Source of the DNA: Escherichia phage APC_JM3.2
Sequence record: MG197996.1
DNA: 39,761 nt
Strand: one strand, 5' to 3'
Part shown: positions 10,228 through 22,303 of the stretch, in pieces
Layout: every line of letters begins with the position of its first letter
Position numbering within the stretch: the stretch's first letter is position 1
Notes under the pieces: generated by a model
The model's database searches: none
What the model saw: only the letters and a program-made list of their open reading frames with translations
Told to the model about the DNA's origin: nothing
Program-made: the position numbers and the translations under genes

Positions 10228-10470
10228 ATGGCAGAGATTATTCCCATGACTGAAGAACAGAAATTCCAGTTAGAGATTTACAAACTGGTCATGAACCAGA
10301 ACGCAGCCGCAGAAGAAGCATTTCAGTTCATTGGCACTGACGAACTGAAGCTTGAGCTATTCAAAATTCACTTCCAGTCAGGCGGCGCTAATTCAGATAT
10401 CACGATCCGCACATTTGAAGCGGTGCGTAAATCGAAGGAAGCGTTAGACCTGTTCACTACAGGAGCATAA
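10228..10470 (+). CDS. Hypothetical protein (80 aa)
   Basis: ORF with GGAG RBS 7-8 nt upstream; no recognisable domain. Confidence 0.5.
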   Translation: MAEIIPMTEEQKFQLEIYKLVMNQNAAAEEAFQFIGTDELKLELFKIHFQSGGANSDITIRTFEAVRKSKEALDLFTTGA

Positions 10471-10549
10471 ACATGGCAACTCAAGGTTTCGACAACCCAT
10501 CCAAATTCCGCGATGAATGGGATAAGCAAGCAGAAGGGAAATAATCAAT

Positions 10550-11038
10550 ATGGCAGCACCAAAGGGCAACCGATTTTGGGAGGCCCGCAGTAGTCATGGG
10601 CGAAATCCTAAATTCGAATCGCCTGAGGCGCTGTGGGCTGCTTGTTGTGAATACTTCGAGTGGGTGGAAGCTAACCCGCTATGGGAGATGAAGGCGTTCT
10701 CGTATCAGGGTGAAGTGATACAAGAGCCTATCGCCAAGATGCGAGCGATGACTATTACAGGCCTCACTCTGTTCATTGATGTGACGCTTGAAACATGGCG
10801 CACATATCGCCTGCGAGAAGATTTATCTGAAGTCGTTACGCGAGCAGAGCAGGTCATCTACGACCAGAAATTCTCTGGCGCAGCCGCTGACCTTCTCAAC
10901 GCTAACATCATCGCCCGTGATTTGGGTCTCAAAGAGCAGTCGCAAGTTGAAGACGTGACACCTGATAAGGGAGATCGCGATAAGCGACGCTCTCGTATCA
11001 AGGAGCTATTCAACCGTGGAACTGGACGCGATTCTTGA
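10550..11038 (+). CDS. 3: Terminase small subunit (P22 gp3 type)
   Basis: 162-aa [51 protein letters not shown]... matches P22 gp3 as recalled; contains pac-like sequence. Confidence 0.9.
   Translation: MAAPKGNRFWEARSSHGRNPKFESPEALWAACCEYFEWVEANPLWEMKAFSYQGEVIQEPIAKMRAMTITGLTLFIDVTLETWRTYRLREDLSEVVTRAEQVIYDQKFSGAAADLLNANIIARDLGLKEQSQVEDVTPDKGDRDKRRSRIKELFNRGTGRDS
10817..10844 (+). other. pac: pac site (headful packaging initiation sequence) inside the terminase small subunit gene
   Basis: GAAGATTTATCTGAAGTCGTTACGCGAG matches the P22 pac sequence as recalled from the literature. Confidence 0.6.
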
Positions 11039-12515
11039 TAACCTGAGCGACGAAGAGCAAATCGAGTTGCTCGAGCTACTCGAAGAAGAAGAGAACTACC
11101 GGAACACACACCTGCTATATGAATTTACGCCATACAGCAAACAGCGTGAGTTCATCGACGCCGGACATGACTACCCAGAGCGATGCTTTATGGCTGGTAA
11201 CCAGCTTGGTAAGTCATTTACTGGTGCTGCTGAAGTCGCGTTTCACCTTACAGGGCGTTATCCGGGCACAAAAGGCTATCCTGCTGATGGTAAATATGGC
11301 GGTGAGTGGAAAGGTAAGCGTTTCTATGAGCCTGTTGTCTTCTGGATTGGTGGCGAGACAAACGAGACTGTAACCAAAACGACTCAACGCATCCTGTGCG
11401 GTCGTATCGAAGAGAATGATGAGCCTGGCTACGGTTCCATACCGAAAGAAGACATCATTAGCTGGAAGAAGTCTCCTTTCTTTCCGAACCTTGTTGATCA
11501 TCTTCTGGTTAAGCATCACACGGCTGATGGCGTTGAAGATGGCATTTCAATCTGCTACTTCAAGCCATACTCGCAAGGCCGTGCTCGCTGGCAGGGTGAC
11601 ACAATCCACGGCGTGTGGTTTGACGAAGAGCCACCATACAGCATTTATGGCGAAGGTCTTACCCGTACCAACAAATACGGGCAATTCTCAATTCTGACGT
11701 TTACCCCGCTGATGGGGATGTCTGACGTTGTTACCAAGTTCCTGAAGAATCCCAGCAAGTCGCAGAAAGTGGTCAACATGACCATCTATGACGCAGAGCA
11801 CTACACCGACGAGCAGAAAGAGCAAATCATCGCATCCTATCCCGAGCATGAGAGAGAGGCGCGTGCTCGCGGCATTCCTACTATGGGTAGTGGTCGAATC
11901 TTCCAGATACCGGAAGAGACGATTAAGTGTCAGCCGTTCGAGTGTCCTGATCACTTCTACGTAATTGGCGGGATGGATTTCGGATGGGATCACCCGCAGG
12001 CGCAGGTTCAACTTTGGTGGGATAAGGACGCAGACACAATCTACGTTTCACGCGTGTGGAAGGCGAAAGAAAAAACAGCCGTTCAGGCATGGGGAGCCGT
12101 TAAATCATGGGCGCATAAAGTGCCAACCGCATGGCCTCATGACGGAAACCAGCATGAGAAGGGCGGCGGTGAGCAGCTCAAAGGGCAGTATGCCGACGCT
12201 GGTTTTATGATGTTGCAGGAGCATGCGACATGGCCTGATGGCGGTAACGCTGTGGAGCCTGGCATCACTGAATTGCGCGACATGATGCTCGATGGTCGCT
12301 TCAAAGTATTCAACACCTGTGAGCCATTCTTTGAGGAGTTCCGCCTCTATCACCGTGATGAAAACGGGAAAATCGTCAAGCTTAACGACGACGTTCTCTC
12401 AGCCGTTCGCTATGCATACATGATGCGCCGCTTCGCCAAAATGATGCGCGACATCAAAAAACCAAAAGAGAAAAAGATACCAGCCCCAATCAGGCCCATC
12501 GCACGGAGAACTTAA
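11016..12515 (+). CDS. 2: Terminase large subunit (P22 gp2 type)
   Basis: 499-aa ORF, GTG start overlapping gp3 end; [25 protein letters not shown]... ATPase and nuclease regions. Confidence 0.95.
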   Translation: MELDAILDNLSDEEQIELLELLEEEENYRNTHLLYEFTPYSKQREFIDAGHDYPERCFMAGNQLGKSFTGAAEVAFHLTGRYPGTKGYPADGKYGGEWKGKRFYEPVVFWIGGETNETVTKTTQRILCGRIEENDEPGYGSIPKEDIISWKKSPFFPNLVDHLLVKHHTADGVEDGISICYFKPYSQGRARWQGDTIHGVWFDEEPPYSIYGEGLTRTNKYGQFSILTFTPLMGMSDVVTKFLKNPSKSQKVVNMTIYDAEHYTDEQKEQIIASYPEHEREARARGIPTMGSGRIFQIPEETIKCQPFECPDHFYVIGGMDFGWDHPQAQVQLWWDKDADTIYVSRVWKAKEKTAVQAWGAVKSWAHKVPTAWPHDGNQHEKGGGEQLKGQYADAGFMMLQEHATWPDGGNAVEPGITELRDMMLDGRFKVFNTCEPFFEEFRLYHRDENGKIVKLNDDVLSAVRYAYMMRRFAKMMRDIKKPKEKKIPAPIRPIARRT

Positions 12516-14681
12516 ATGGCCGACGAAAACAGACTCAATTCCATTCTGTGTAAGTTTGACGCAGACTGGATGGCGAGCGATGAAGCCAGAACCGAGGCGA
12601 CAAATGACCTGTATTTTAGCCGAGTGTCGCAATGGGATGACTGGCTATCAAACTACACGACCCTGCAATATCGCGGACAATTCGATGTTGTTCGCCCGGT
12701 GGTCAGGAAACTGGTCGCAGAGATGCGCCGTAACCCTATCGACGTTCTCTTCAGACCAAAAGACGGCGCTAATCCTGATGCTGCCGATGTGTTGATGGGG
12801 ATGTATCGTACTGATATGCGCCATAACACGGCAAAGATTGCTGTTAACGTTGGCGTTCGTGAGCAGATAGAGTCCGGCGTTGGTGCATGGCGTCTGGTCA
12901 CGCAGTACGAAGACAACGACCCAACAAGCAACAATCAGGTAATCCGACGCCTTCCAATCCATGAAGCCTGCTCACACGTCATATGGGACGCCAACAGCAA
13001 GCAGATGGATAAGAGCGACGCTAAGCACTGCACGGTGATTAACGCTTTGTCACGCAATGGCTGGAAAGAGTTCGCAGAGGATTACGGTATTGATCCTGAC
13101 ACCCTGCCATCTTTCCAGAATCCGAACGACACATGGCTGTTTCCGTGGGTATCGAATGATGTCGTCTACGTCGCCGAGTATTACGAGGTAGAAGAGAAGA
13201 AGGAGAAAGTCTTCATCTACCGCGACCCGCTGACAGGTGAGCCGGTCAGCTATTACCAGCAGGATATCAAAGACGTCATCGACGACCTGGCTAATCGTGG
13301 ATTCATTAAGGTAGCAGAGCGTAAGGTCAAGCGTCGGCGTGTGTATAAGTCGATCATCACCTGCACGCAGATACTGAAAGACCGCGAGAAGATAGCTGGA
13401 GAGCATATCCCAATCGTTCCAGTGTATGGCGAATGGTCATTCGCTGGTGACAAGGAGTGCTACGAAGGTGTAGTAAGGCTGACGAAAGACGGTCAACGCC
13501 TTCGTAACATGATCATGTCATTCAACGCCGATATTGTTGCTCGTTCACCGAAGAAGAAACCGACCTTCTTCCCTGAGCAAATCGAAGGCTACGAATACAT
13601 GTACGGTGGAAATGATGACTATCCGTACTATTTGCAGAACAAGACCGATGAAAACGGTAATGACCTGCCGATTGGTCCAATCTCCTACATGGAAAACCCT
13701 GAAGTGCCGCAAGCCAACGCTTACATGCTTGAGGCAGCCACCAACGCAGTGAAAGAGGTGGCTAGTCTTGGCGTGGATGCGCAGGCGGCAAACTCTCAGG
13801 TCGCTTTCGATACCGTCAATCAACTGAACATGCGGGCAGACCTTGAGACATACGTGTTTCAGGATAACCTGGCTACCGCAATGCGACGTGATGGCGAGAT
13901 TTATGCCTCAATGGTCAACGATATTTATGACGTTCCTCGCCATGTAACGCTGACTCTTGAAGACGGAAGCGAGAAAGACGTTCAACTCTACGCGCAAGTT
14001 GTAGATTACCAGTCCGGCAATGTGGTCACACTCAACGACATTCGCGGTCGCTATGAGTGCTATACAGACGTTGGACCATCCTTCCAGAGTATGAAGGAAC
14101 AGAACCGCGCAGAGATTCAGGAGTTACTCACCAAGGTTCCACAAGGTACTCCAGAGTTCCAGATGCTGATGCTGCAATACTTCACGCTGCTTGACGGTAA
14201 AGGCGTCGAGATGATGCGAGAGTACGCGAACAAGCAACTGGTGATGATGGGGCTGAAGAAACCAGAAACACCTGAAGAGATGGAGATGGTACAGCAGGCT
14301 CAACAGCAGCCGCAGCAGCCATCAGCAGAGCAAATTCAGGCGCAGGGTATCCTTCTGCAAGGTCAGGCTGAATTGCTCAAGGCAGAGAACCAACAGGCGC
14401 AGATTCAGGTTGAAGCCGCCAAGGTTGAAGCCCAAAACCAACTCAACGCCGCGAAGATTGCAGAAATCTTCAACAATATGGACCTCGACAAGCAGGCAGA
14501 ACTGCGTGAGTACCTCAAGCTCGTAGGTCAATTCCAGCAACAGCGCAGCAAAGATGCTCGTGCTAACGCTGAGCTGCTTCTTAAAGATGCAGACCAGACT
14601 CATTCACAACGCATGGATTTCGCGAATCTTATGCGTCAAGTTCAAATCCCCTCCGGCGGAGTAGCCGAGACACCTCAATAA
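12516..14681 (+). CDS. 1: Portal protein (P22 gp1 type)
   Basis: 721-aa ORF directly after the terminase; C-terminal Q-rich coiled barrel region typical of P22 portal. Confidence 0.95.
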   Translation: MADENRLNSILCKFDADWMASDEARTEATNDLYFSRVSQWDDWLSNYTTLQYRGQFDVVRPVVRKLVAEMRRNPIDVLFRPKDGANPDAADVLMGMYRTDMRHNTAKIAVNVGVREQIESGVGAWRLVTQYEDNDPTSNNQVIRRLPIHEACSHVIWDANSKQMDKSDAKHCTVINALSRNGWKEFAEDYGIDPDTLPSFQNPNDTWLFPWVSNDVVYVAEYYEVEEKKEKVFIYRDPLTGEPVSYYQQDIKDVIDDLANRGFIKVAERKVKRRRVYKSIITCTQILKDREKIAGEHIPIVPVYGEWSFAGDKECYEGVVRLTKDGQRLRNMIMSFNADIVARSPKKKPTFFPEQIEGYEYMYGGNDDYPYYLQNKTDENGNDLPIGPISYMENPEVPQANAYMLEAATNAVKEVASLGVDAQAANSQVAFDTVNQLNMRADLETYVFQDNLATAMRRDGEIYASMVNDIYDVPRHVTLTLEDGSEKDVQLYAQVVDYQSGNVVTLNDIRGRYECYTDVGPSFQSMKEQNRAEIQELLTKVPQGTPEFQMLMLQYFTLLDGKGVEMMREYANKQLVMMGLKKPETPEEMEMVQQAQQQPQQPSAEQIQAQGILLQGQAELLKAENQQAQIQVEAAKVEAQNQLNAAKIAEIFNNMDLDKQAELREYLKLVGQFQQQRSKDARANAELLLKDADQTHSQRMDFANLMRQVQIPSGGVAETPQ

Positions 14682-14694
14682 GAGAGAGTTAATC

Positions 14695-15606
14695 ATGGAC
14701 CAAACCACCGACATTCAGGCTTCTGAAGAATTAACCCTGCCCGGCAATCATGCAGCGGCATCTGCTGATGGCTTAGTTGTCGATAATGCCAACGACAACG
14801 CAGGTCAGGAAGAAGGCTTCGAGATTGTCCTGAAAGACGATGAGAAACCAAAACAAGACCCGGCAACTAATGCTGAATTTGCCCGTCGCCGCATCGAACG
14901 CAAACGCCAGCGTGAGCTTGAGCAGCAGATGGAAGCGGTTAAGCGTGGAGAGTTGCCGGAGCACCTGCGGGTGAACCCTGAGTTACCAAAACAACCAGAC
15001 CCTAACGATTATCTTTCCGAAGATGCACTGGCTAAGTACGACTATGACCAGAGCCGCGCACTGGCTGCCTTCCAGCAGGCAAACAGTGAATGGCAGATCA
15101 AGGCTATGGACGCACGAAGCCAGGCTGTCGCCGAGCAGGGCCGCAAAACTCAGGAGTTCACCCAGCAATCAGCGCAATACGTCGAGGCCGCCCGTAAGCA
15201 CTACGATGCAGCGGAAAAGCTCAATATCCCTGACTATCAGGAGAAAGAGGATGCATTCATGCAACTGGTGCCGCCAGCAGTCGGTGCCGACATCATGCGC
15301 CTCTTCCCGGAGAAATCCGCCGCTCTCATGTATCACCTTGGTGCTAATCCTGAGAAAACACGCCAGTTGCTGGCGATGGACGGGCAATCCGCGCTGATTG
15401 AACTCACTCGACTGTCAGAACGTTTAACTCTCAAGCCTCGAGCAAAGCCTGTTTCAGAAGCCCCGTTACCTGATGAACCCATTCAGGGACACGCTGTTGC
15501 TGCAAATATCTCTGCGATTGAAAAGCAGATGGAAGCGGCAGCAAACAAAGGGGATGTAGAGACGTACCGCAAGCTCAAGGCGCAACTGAATAAAGGAATT
15601 CGATAA
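14695..15606 (+). CDS. 8: Scaffolding protein (P22 gp8 type)
   Basis: 303-aa ORF similar to P22 gp8 as recalled (..[27 protein letters not shown]..). Confidence 0.9.
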   Translation: MDQTTDIQASEELTLPGNHAAASADGLVVDNANDNAGQEEGFEIVLKDDEKPKQDPATNAEFARRRIERKRQRELEQQMEAVKRGELPEHLRVNPELPKQPDPNDYLSEDALAKYDYDQSRALAAFQQANSEWQIKAMDARSQAVAEQGRKTQEFTQQSAQYVEAARKHYDAAEKLNIPDYQEKEDAFMQLVPPAVGADIMRLFPEKSAALMYHLGANPEKTRQLLAMDGQSALIELTRLSERLTLKPRAKPVSEAPLPDEPIQGHAVAANISAIEKQMEAAANKGDVETYRKLKAQLNKGIR

Positions 15607-16901
15607 TGGCATTAAATGAAGGTCAACTGGTCACGTATGCTCTGGATGAAATCATCGAAACCGTCCAGAACCTGACGCCAATGGCGTCCAAAGTGACAAA
15701 ATACACCCCTCCGGCAGAATCCATGCAACGTTCAAGCAACACCGTGTGGATGCCTGTTGAGCAGGAAGCGCCAACTCAGACTGGCTGGGATTTAACTGGC
15801 AACGCTACCGGTATTCTGGAACTTTCCGTGAAATGCAACATGGGCGATCCGGATAACGATTTCTTCGAGCTTCGTGCAGATGACCTGCGTGATGAGCGTT
15901 CTTACCGTCGCCGCATCCAGGCATCCGCCAAAAAACTGGCGAATAACATTGAGTCAGCGATTGCCAAACAGGCAACTGAAATGGGCTCGCTTGTTGTTCA
16001 CGATACCCACGCAATTGGTCCATCTACTGGCCTGTCTGGCTGGGATTTTGTGTCTGATGCAGAGCGCCTGATGTTCTCCCGTGAGCTAAACCGCGATATG
16101 GGCATCAGTTACTTCCTGAACCCTGACGATTACCGCAAAGCAGGCCGCAACCTGGTAGATGGTGACATCTTCGGTCGCGTTCCTGAAGAAACGTATCGCA
16201 ACGGTACTATTCAGCGTCAGATTGCTGGGTTTGATGAAATTCTTCGCTCACCGAAACTTCCGGCAGTTACCAAGTCAACCGCTACTGGTGTAACTGTTTC
16301 TGGTGCGCAGAAGTTTAAGCCGCAGGCATACACCCTTGATACCGATGGTAACAAAGAGAACGTCGACAACCGTGTTGCAACGGTAACCGTATCCTCCACC
16401 ACCGGATTTAAGCGCGGCGACAAAATCAGCTTCACTGGTGTGAAATTCCTGTCTCAGATGGCGAAGAACGTGCTGACTGATGATGCTACTTTCTCAATCA
16501 CCCGTGTGATCGATGGTACTCACCTCGAAATCACGCCGAAACCGATTGCACTGGATGACGCGTCACTGACAAAAGAAGAGAAGGCTTACGCTAACGTAAA
16601 CACCTCTCTTGCTGATACCACTCCGGTAAATGTTCTGAACGTGGCAACAACCACCGCTAACGTGTTCTGGGCTGATGACTCAATCCGCCTGCTGTCTCAG
16701 CCGATCCCGGTAACCCATGAACTGTTTGCTGGCATGAAAACGTCTTCCTTCAGCATTCCTGGTATTGGTGTTAACGGCATCTTCGCAACGCAGGGCGATA
16801 TCAACACTCTGTCTGGTAAGTGCCGTATTGCTGTGTGGTATTCAGCATGTGCTGTACGACCAGAGGCAATTGGTGTTGGTCTGCCTAACCAGACCGCGTG
16901 A
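15606..16901 (+). CDS. 5: Major capsid (coat) protein (P22 gp5 type)
   Basis: 431-aa [23 protein letters not shown]... clear but diverged similarity to P22 coat as recalled. Confidence 0.95.
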   Translation: MALNEGQLVTYALDEIIETVQNLTPMASKVTKYTPPAESMQRSSNTVWMPVEQEAPTQTGWDLTGNATGILELSVKCNMGDPDNDFFELRADDLRDERSYRRRIQASAKKLANNIESAIAKQATEMGSLVVHDTHAIGPSTGLSGWDFVSDAERLMFSRELNRDMGISYFLNPDDYRKAGRNLVDGDIFGRVPEETYRNGTIQRQIAGFDEILRSPKLPAVTKSTATGVTVSGAQKFKPQAYTLDTDGNKENVDNRVATVTVSSTTGFKRGDKISFTGVKFLSQMAKNVLTDDATFSITRVIDGTHLEITPKPIALDDASLTKEEKAYANVNTSLADTTPVNVLNVATTTANVFWADDSIRLLSQPIPVTHELFAGMKTSSFSIPGIGVNGIFATQGDINTLSGKCRIAVWYSACAVRPEAIGVGLPNQTA

Positions 16902-16908
16902 TAACCAG

Positions 16909-16932
16909 AGGGAGCTTCGGCTCCCTTTTTTA
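16909..16932 (+). terminator. Intrinsic terminator after the coat gene
   Basis: Stem GGGAGC / GCTCCC with TTCG tetraloop followed by TTTTTTAT. Confidence 0.8.
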
Positions 16933-16945
16933 TCTGGAGACAAGC

Positions 16946-17189
<244 letters not shown>

Positions 17190-17212
<23 letters not shown>

Positions 17213-17690
17213 TTTAGTTCTTGCGGCATTACGTAAGCTCGGTGTGGCATCAAATGCCACGTTAACCGATGTCGAACCGCAGTCTATGGAAGACGGCGTC
17301 AACGACCTTGAAATGATGATGGCTGAATGGCTTGGCGGTGATGCGTCACCTGGTATCAACGTTGGCTACATTTTTGCTGATGCAGATGTTGCTCCGGATC
17401 CGGGCGATGAGCACGGTTTATCAAATAACGCTATCAATGCCGTCATTTTCAACCTTGCCTGCCGAATTGCTCCAGATTATGCGCTGGAAGCGTCTGCAAA
17501 ACTTATAACCACTGCCAGATACGGGAAAGAGCGACTCGTCAAACAGTCTGCAATGGACAGGGCAAAAGCAGCTAAATGTAAGTCCGGTTATCCAAACCGT
17601 ATGCCTGTTGGTAGTGGTAACCAGTTGGCGAAGTGGAATGGTTGGAATTACTTCCACCGAAAGGAACCTTGCGATAACGGGAGCGAATAA
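17190..17690 (+). CDS. 4: Head-completion / tail accessory protein (P22 gp4 type)
   Basis: 166-aa [36 protein letters not shown]... similar to P22 gp4 as recalled. Confidence 0.9.
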
Positions 17691-19108
17691 TGCCGATTCA
17701 GCAACTTCCGCTTATGAAAGGTGTCGGCAAAGACTTTCGAAACGCCGACTATATCGACTATCTGCCAGTGAATATGCTGGCTACACCCAAAGAAATCCTG
17801 AACAGCAGCGGATATCTTCGCTCATTCCCTGGCATTGCCAAACGCTCTGATGTGAACGGTGTATCTCGCGGCGTCGAGTACAACATGGCGCAGAATGCTG
17901 TTTATCGCGTGTGTGGTGGCAAACTGTATAAGGGCGAAAGTGAGGTCGGTGATGTTGCCGGAAGTGGTCGCGTATCAATGGCGCATGGTCGAACATCACA
18001 GGCGGTAGGCGTTAATGGTCAACTGGTCGAGTATCGCTATGATGGTACGGTTAAAACCGTCTCAAACTGGCCTACAGACAGCGGATTCACACAGTACGAG
18101 TTAGGTTCAGTTCGTGACATTACGCGCTTACGTGGGCGTTATGCGTGGTCAAAAGACGGAACTGATTCATGGTTTATCACTGACCTTGAAGACGAATCAC
18201 ATCCTGACCGTTACAGCGCACAATATCGTGCTGAGTCTCAGCCTGACGGCATCATCGGCATAGGTACATGGCGAGACTTTATCGTCTGCTTTGGTTCATC
18301 GACGATTGAATATTTCTCCCTGACTGGTGCAACCACCGTTGGTGCTGCTTTGTATGTCGCACAGCCATCACTGATGGTGCAAAAAGGCATCGCCGGGACT
18401 TACTGCAAAACGCCATTCGCTGATTCGTATGCGTTTATCAGCAATCCGGCAACAGGTGCGCCCTCTGTATACATCATCGGCTCCGGTCAGGTGTCACCAA
18501 TCGCCAGCGCGAGCATTGAGAAAATCCTCCGCTCCTACACTGCTGATGAACTGGCTGATGGCGTGATGGAATCGTTGCGGTTTGATGCTCATGAGTTGCT
18601 GATTATTCACCTGCCGCGCCATGTTCTTGTTTACGACGCATCTTCAAGCGCTAATGGTCCGCAATGGTGTGTGCTGAAAACAGGACTGTATGACGATGTG
18701 TACCGCGCTATCGACTTCATTTACGAAGGCAATCAGATAACGTGCGGCGATAAGCTGGAATCCGTGACCGGGAAATTGCAGTTCGATATCAGCAGCCAGT
18801 ACGACAAGCAACAGGAACACCTACTGTTTACTCCGTTGTTCAAAGCGGATAACGCCAGATGCTTCGATCTGGAGGTTGAATCTTCAACTGGCGTTGCTCA
18901 GTACGCTGACCGCCTTTTTCTCTCTGCAACCACTGACGGCATCAATTACGGTCGTGAACAGATGATTGAGCAGAATGAACCGTTCGTTTACGACAAACGC
19001 GTTTTGTGGAAGCGAGTAGGGCGCATCAGGAAAAATGTCGGCTTCAAATTGCGCGTTATCACGAAGTCACCTGTCACTCTGTCTGGTTGCCAGATAAGGA
19101 TTGAGTAA
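17690..19108 (+). CDS. 10: Tail accessory protein (P22 gp10 type)
   Basis: 472-aa [40 protein letters not shown]... P22 gp10-like. Confidence 0.9.
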   Translation: MPIQQLPLMKGVGKDFRNADYIDYLPVNMLATPKEILNSSGYLRSFPGIAKRSDVNGVSRGVEYNMAQNAVYRVCGGKLYKGESEVGDVAGSGRVSMAHGRTSQAVGVNGQLVEYRYDGTVKTVSNWPTDSGFTQYELGSVRDITRLRGRYAWSKDGTDSWFITDLEDESHPDRYSAQYRAESQPDGIIGIGTWRDFIVCFGSSTIEYFSLTGATTVGAALYVAQPSLMVQKGIAGTYCKTPFADSYAFISNPATGAPSVYIIGSGQVSPIASASIEKILRSYTADELADGVMESLRFDAHELLIIHLPRHVLVYDASSSANGPQWCVLKTGLYDDVYRAIDFIYEGNQITCGDKLESVTGKLQFDISSQYDKQQEHLLFTPLFKADNARCFDLEVESSTGVAQYADRLFLSATTDGINYGREQMIEQNEPFVYDKRVLWKRVGRIRKNVGFKLRVITKSPVTLSGCQIRIE

Positions 19109-19809
19109 TGGCTGATTCGAATCTCAATGAGCCGGTAACAATTCAGGCTACACGACTCGATACATCAATCCTTCCACGCAATATATTCAGCCAGTCTTAC
19201 CTGCTGTATGTCATTAATCAGGGGGCTGATGTCGGCGCAATTGCCGGGAAGGCAAATCAGGCTGGTCAGGGCGCTTACGATGCTCAGGTAAAAAACGATG
19301 AACAGGATGTCGAACTGGCTGATCACGACGCAAGAATCACCGCAAACACAAAAGCGATAAATCTACTTGAGGTCAGGTTAACAACTGCCGAAGGGAAGAT
19401 AGTCGTACTGCGTAGCGATGTTGATTACTTGCTGGATGAGGTTATCGATATTCAGGCGCATCTGGTCACTGTTGACCAAAGACTGGATGACGTAGAAAAC
19501 GATGTCTCTGGCATTAAGAGTGATTACGTATCGAAAACCGTAACCGAATTGCAGTCTCTTGAGTCACCGCTGGATGTAAAAACATCATATTCAGTTGATG
19601 GAATTCAGGTTGTTGGAGCAAGAAATACCGGATGGACTGCAGCCACAGGTACGCCACTTCTTGGCTCATTCAACGCTAACCAGTCATACACGGTCGGCAC
19701 TACGTACACACAATCCGAAGTCGCAGCTCTCGCTACAGGTTTGCAGCAGGCGCGGCAGCGTATTCTGGCGCTTGAAACAGCACTTAGATTACATGGGCTG
19801 ATTGACTGA
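19108..19809 (+). CDS. 26: Tail needle / plug protein (P22 gp26 type)
   Basis: 233-aa [39 protein letters not shown]... with heptad coiled-coil and conserved C-terminal [11 protein letters not shown] motif. Confidence 0.85.
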   Translation: MADSNLNEPVTIQATRLDTSILPRNIFSQSYLLYVINQGADVGAIAGKANQAGQGAYDAQVKNDEQDVELADHDARITANTKAINLLEVRLTTAEGKIVVLRSDVDYLLDEVIDIQAHLVTVDQRLDDVENDVSGIKSDYVSKTVTELQSLESPLDVKTSYSVDGIQVVGARNTGWTAATGTPLLGSFNANQSYTVGTTYTQSEVAALATGLQQARQRILALETALRLHGLID

Positions 19810-20264
19810 TGATTACATTCAAACCAACGCGAAACATCGACCTGATCGAAGCAGTCGGAAATCACCCTGACATTATCGCTGGTAGCAACAACGGTGATGG
19901 ATACGACTACAAACCTGAATGCCGTTACTTTGAGGTGAACGTGCACGGGCAGTTCGGCGGCATTGTTTACTATCAGGAGATTCAGCCGCTGACATTCGAT
20001 TGCCACGCCATGTACCTGCCAGAGATTCGCGGCTTCAGCAAGGAAATCGGGCTGGCGTTCTGGCGATACATTCTGACTAACACCACCGTTCAGTGCGTCA
20101 CATCGTTCGCTGCACGCAAATTCCGCCACGGTCAGATGTACTGCGCAATGATTGGCCTTAAGCGTGTAGGAACCATCAAGAAATACTTTAAAGGTGTGGA
20201 TGACGTGACTTTTTACAGCGCCACACGCGAAGAACTAATCGACTTCCTGAATCACGGGAGATAG
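19809..20264 (+). CDS. 14: gp14-like protein of the ejection/assembly cluster
   Basis: 151-aa ORF in the conserved position between tail needle and gp7-like gene. Confidence 0.7.
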   Translation: MITFKPTRNIDLIEAVGNHPDIIAGSNNGDGYDYKPECRYFEVNVHGQFGGIVYYQEIQPLTFDCHAMYLPEIRGFSKEIGLAFWRYILTNTTVQCVTSFAARKFRHGQMYCAMIGLKRVGTIKKYFKGVDDVTFYSATREELIDFLNHGR

Positions 20265-20266
20265 CC

Positions 20267-20962
20267 ATGTTATATGCATTTAAGCTGGGCAGAAAACTGC
20301 GCGGCGAGGAACCTTATTGCCCTGAAAAGGGTGGGAAAGGTGGCAGTTCTGATAAAAGCGCAAAGTATGCCGCAGAAGCTCAGAAGTATGAAGCAGACCT
20401 GCAAAATCAGCAGTGGCAGACGATCATGAAAAACCTTGCTCCGTTCACGCCTCTTGCAGAGCAGTATGTTAACCAGTTGCAGAATCTTTCCAGTTTAGAA
20501 GGTCAGGGGCAGGCACTTAATCAGTATTACAACTCTCAGCAGTATAAAGACCTTGCAGGTCAGGCGCGTTACCAGAGTCTTGCTGCTGCGGAGGCGACGG
20601 GTGGACTTGGTTCGACAGCCACAAGCAATCAACTGGCTACGATCGCGCCTACACTCGGTCAGTCTTGGTTATCAAACCAGATGAGCAATTACAACAATCT
20701 GGCAAACGTTGGGCTTGGTGCTCTGCAAGGTCAGGCAAACGCCGGGCAGACGTACGCCAACAACATGAGCAGCATTGCACAGCAAAGCGCAGCTCTTGCC
20801 GCTGCTAATGCCAATAAACCATCAGGCCTTCAGACAGCAATTAGCGGCGGAGCTTCAGGGGCTATGACTGGCGCTGCTCTTGGCTCTATTGTTCCCGGAC
20901 TTGGCACTGGATTAGGTGCGGCAATTGGCGGCGGACTTGGCCTGCTTGGATCGTTGTTTTAA
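20267..20962 (+). CDS. 7: Ejection (internal virion) protein, gp7 type
   Basis: 231-aa ORF with Q/N/A/G-rich low-complexity body and glycine-rich hydrophobic C-terminus. Confidence 0.8.
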   Translation: MLYAFKLGRKLRGEEPYCPEKGGKGGSSDKSAKYAAEAQKYEADLQNQQWQTIMKNLAPFTPLAEQYVNQLQNLSSLEGQGQALNQYYNSQQYKDLAGQARYQSLAAAEATGGLGSTATSNQLATIAPTLGQSWLSNQMSNYNNLANVGLGALQGQANAGQTYANNMSSIAQQSAALAAANANKPSGLQTAISGGASGAMTGAALGSIVPGLGTGLGAAIGGGLGLLGSLF

Positions 20963-20971
20963 GGGGTAATC

Positions 20972-22303
20972 ATGGCTACTTGGCAAGGAACAAATGGCGG
21001 ATTGTTGGCTGGTATCGGTGGTGTCAACTCAAACGCTCCGAGCGTAAATGACATCGGCAACACGCTTCAGCTTATCAGGCAGAACAATGATATTGAGCGT
21101 TCAGGCGCTAACAATGTTGGGCTGACAGCTTTGCAAGGTCTTTCTGGTATTGCGGGGGTGTTTCAGCAGGAAAAGCAGGCTCAGCGGCAGAAAGAATTTC
21201 AGCAGGCATACGCTAATGCTTATGCGTCTGGTGATCGCGGTGCTTTGCGTCAGTTGGCTACTCAATATCCAGAACAGATTGAATCCGTTCGTAAAGGCAT
21301 GGGATTCATTGATGAAGAGCAGCGTAATTCTATCGGCACCTTAGCGGCTGGCGCACGCCTTGCGTCATCGTCTCCAGAAGCAATGCAATCATGGCTGCAA
21401 AACAACGCCGGTGAGTTAGCTCGTGTTGGCGTTAATCCTCATGACGTCGCTCAGATGTACCAACAGAACCCGCGGCAGTTCGGCGAATTTGTCGATCACC
21501 TGGGGATGAACAGTCTCGGGCCCGAAAAATACTTTGACCTACAGGATAAAATGCAGGGTCGCCAGGTTACCATGCGCGGTCAGGATCTGGATTCGCAAAC
21601 CGCCGCTCGGAATCAGGCAATCACAATGCGCGGACAAGATATCCAGGCGAATTTAGGTCAGCAGCGCATTAATCTGGACGCAGAAACAAACCGCATTAAC
21701 AACGAAAATAAGCGCCTTGACCGGATGCTATCAGCAGAAACTAACGACCTGAAGCGCCAGGAAATACAGAGCCGCATAGCAGCCAACAACCAGCAGTTGC
21801 AGCAGAAGCAGCAAGCGCTAAATGATGGCTACAAAGACGGCATCAACACCCTCACAACCAGCATGTTCACTCTGAACGATATCGTTAGTTCTCCTTCACT
21901 TAAGAGCATTACAGGCTTACGTGGAGTAATCCCCAACGTTCCAGGCTCACAGGCTGCAGACACTCAGGCACGACTTGATACCTTTAAATCACAAGCATAC
22001 CTAACAGCGGTTCAGGCCATGCGAGGCATGGGCGCACTTTCTGATGCCGAGGGCAAAAAGCTCGACCAGGCTGTTGGTTCGCTGCAGAACTCGCAGAGCG
22101 AGGAGTCCTTTCGTCGCAACGCTGGCGTCATCCTGAACACGCTCAACCAGAAGCGTAATGAGGCGGTTGGTAAGTACGTTCAGCAAAACGGGATCAAGCG
22201 AGTGGAAGCGCCTCAGGCTTCTATAGATTACCTGAAGCAGCACCCCGAGCTGTCAATCGACTTCATTAATCGCTACGGATATCTTCCATCTTTGGGGCAG
22301 TAA
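20972..22303 (+). CDS. 20: Ejection protein, gp20 type
   Basis: 443-aa ORF in conserved position; Q/R-rich coiled regions. Confidence 0.7.
   Translation: MATWQGTNGGLLAGIGGVNSNAPSVNDIGNTLQLIRQNNDIERSGANNVGLTALQGLSGIAGVFQQEKQAQRQKEFQQAYANAYASGDRGALRQLATQYPEQIESVRKGMGFIDEEQRNSIGTLAAGARLASSSPEAMQSWLQNNAGELARVGVNPHDVAQMYQQNPRQFGEFVDHLGMNSLGPEKYFDLQDKMQGRQVTMRGQDLDSQTAARNQAITMRGQDIQANLGQQRINLDAETNRINNENKRLDRMLSAETNDLKRQEIQSRIAANNQQLQQKQQALNDGYKDGINTLTTSMFTLNDIVSSPSLKSITGLRGVIPNVPGSQAADTQARLDTFKSQAYLTAVQAMRGMGALSDAEGKKLDQAVGSLQNSQSEESFRRNAGVILNTLNQKRNEAVGKYVQQNGIKRVEAPQASIDYLKQHPELSIDFINRYGYLPSLGQ

Noticed and set aside
11119-12353. Several 80-107-aa ORFs on both strands inside the large terminase gene
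   Set aside because: Nested within a highly conserved gene; no independent evidence
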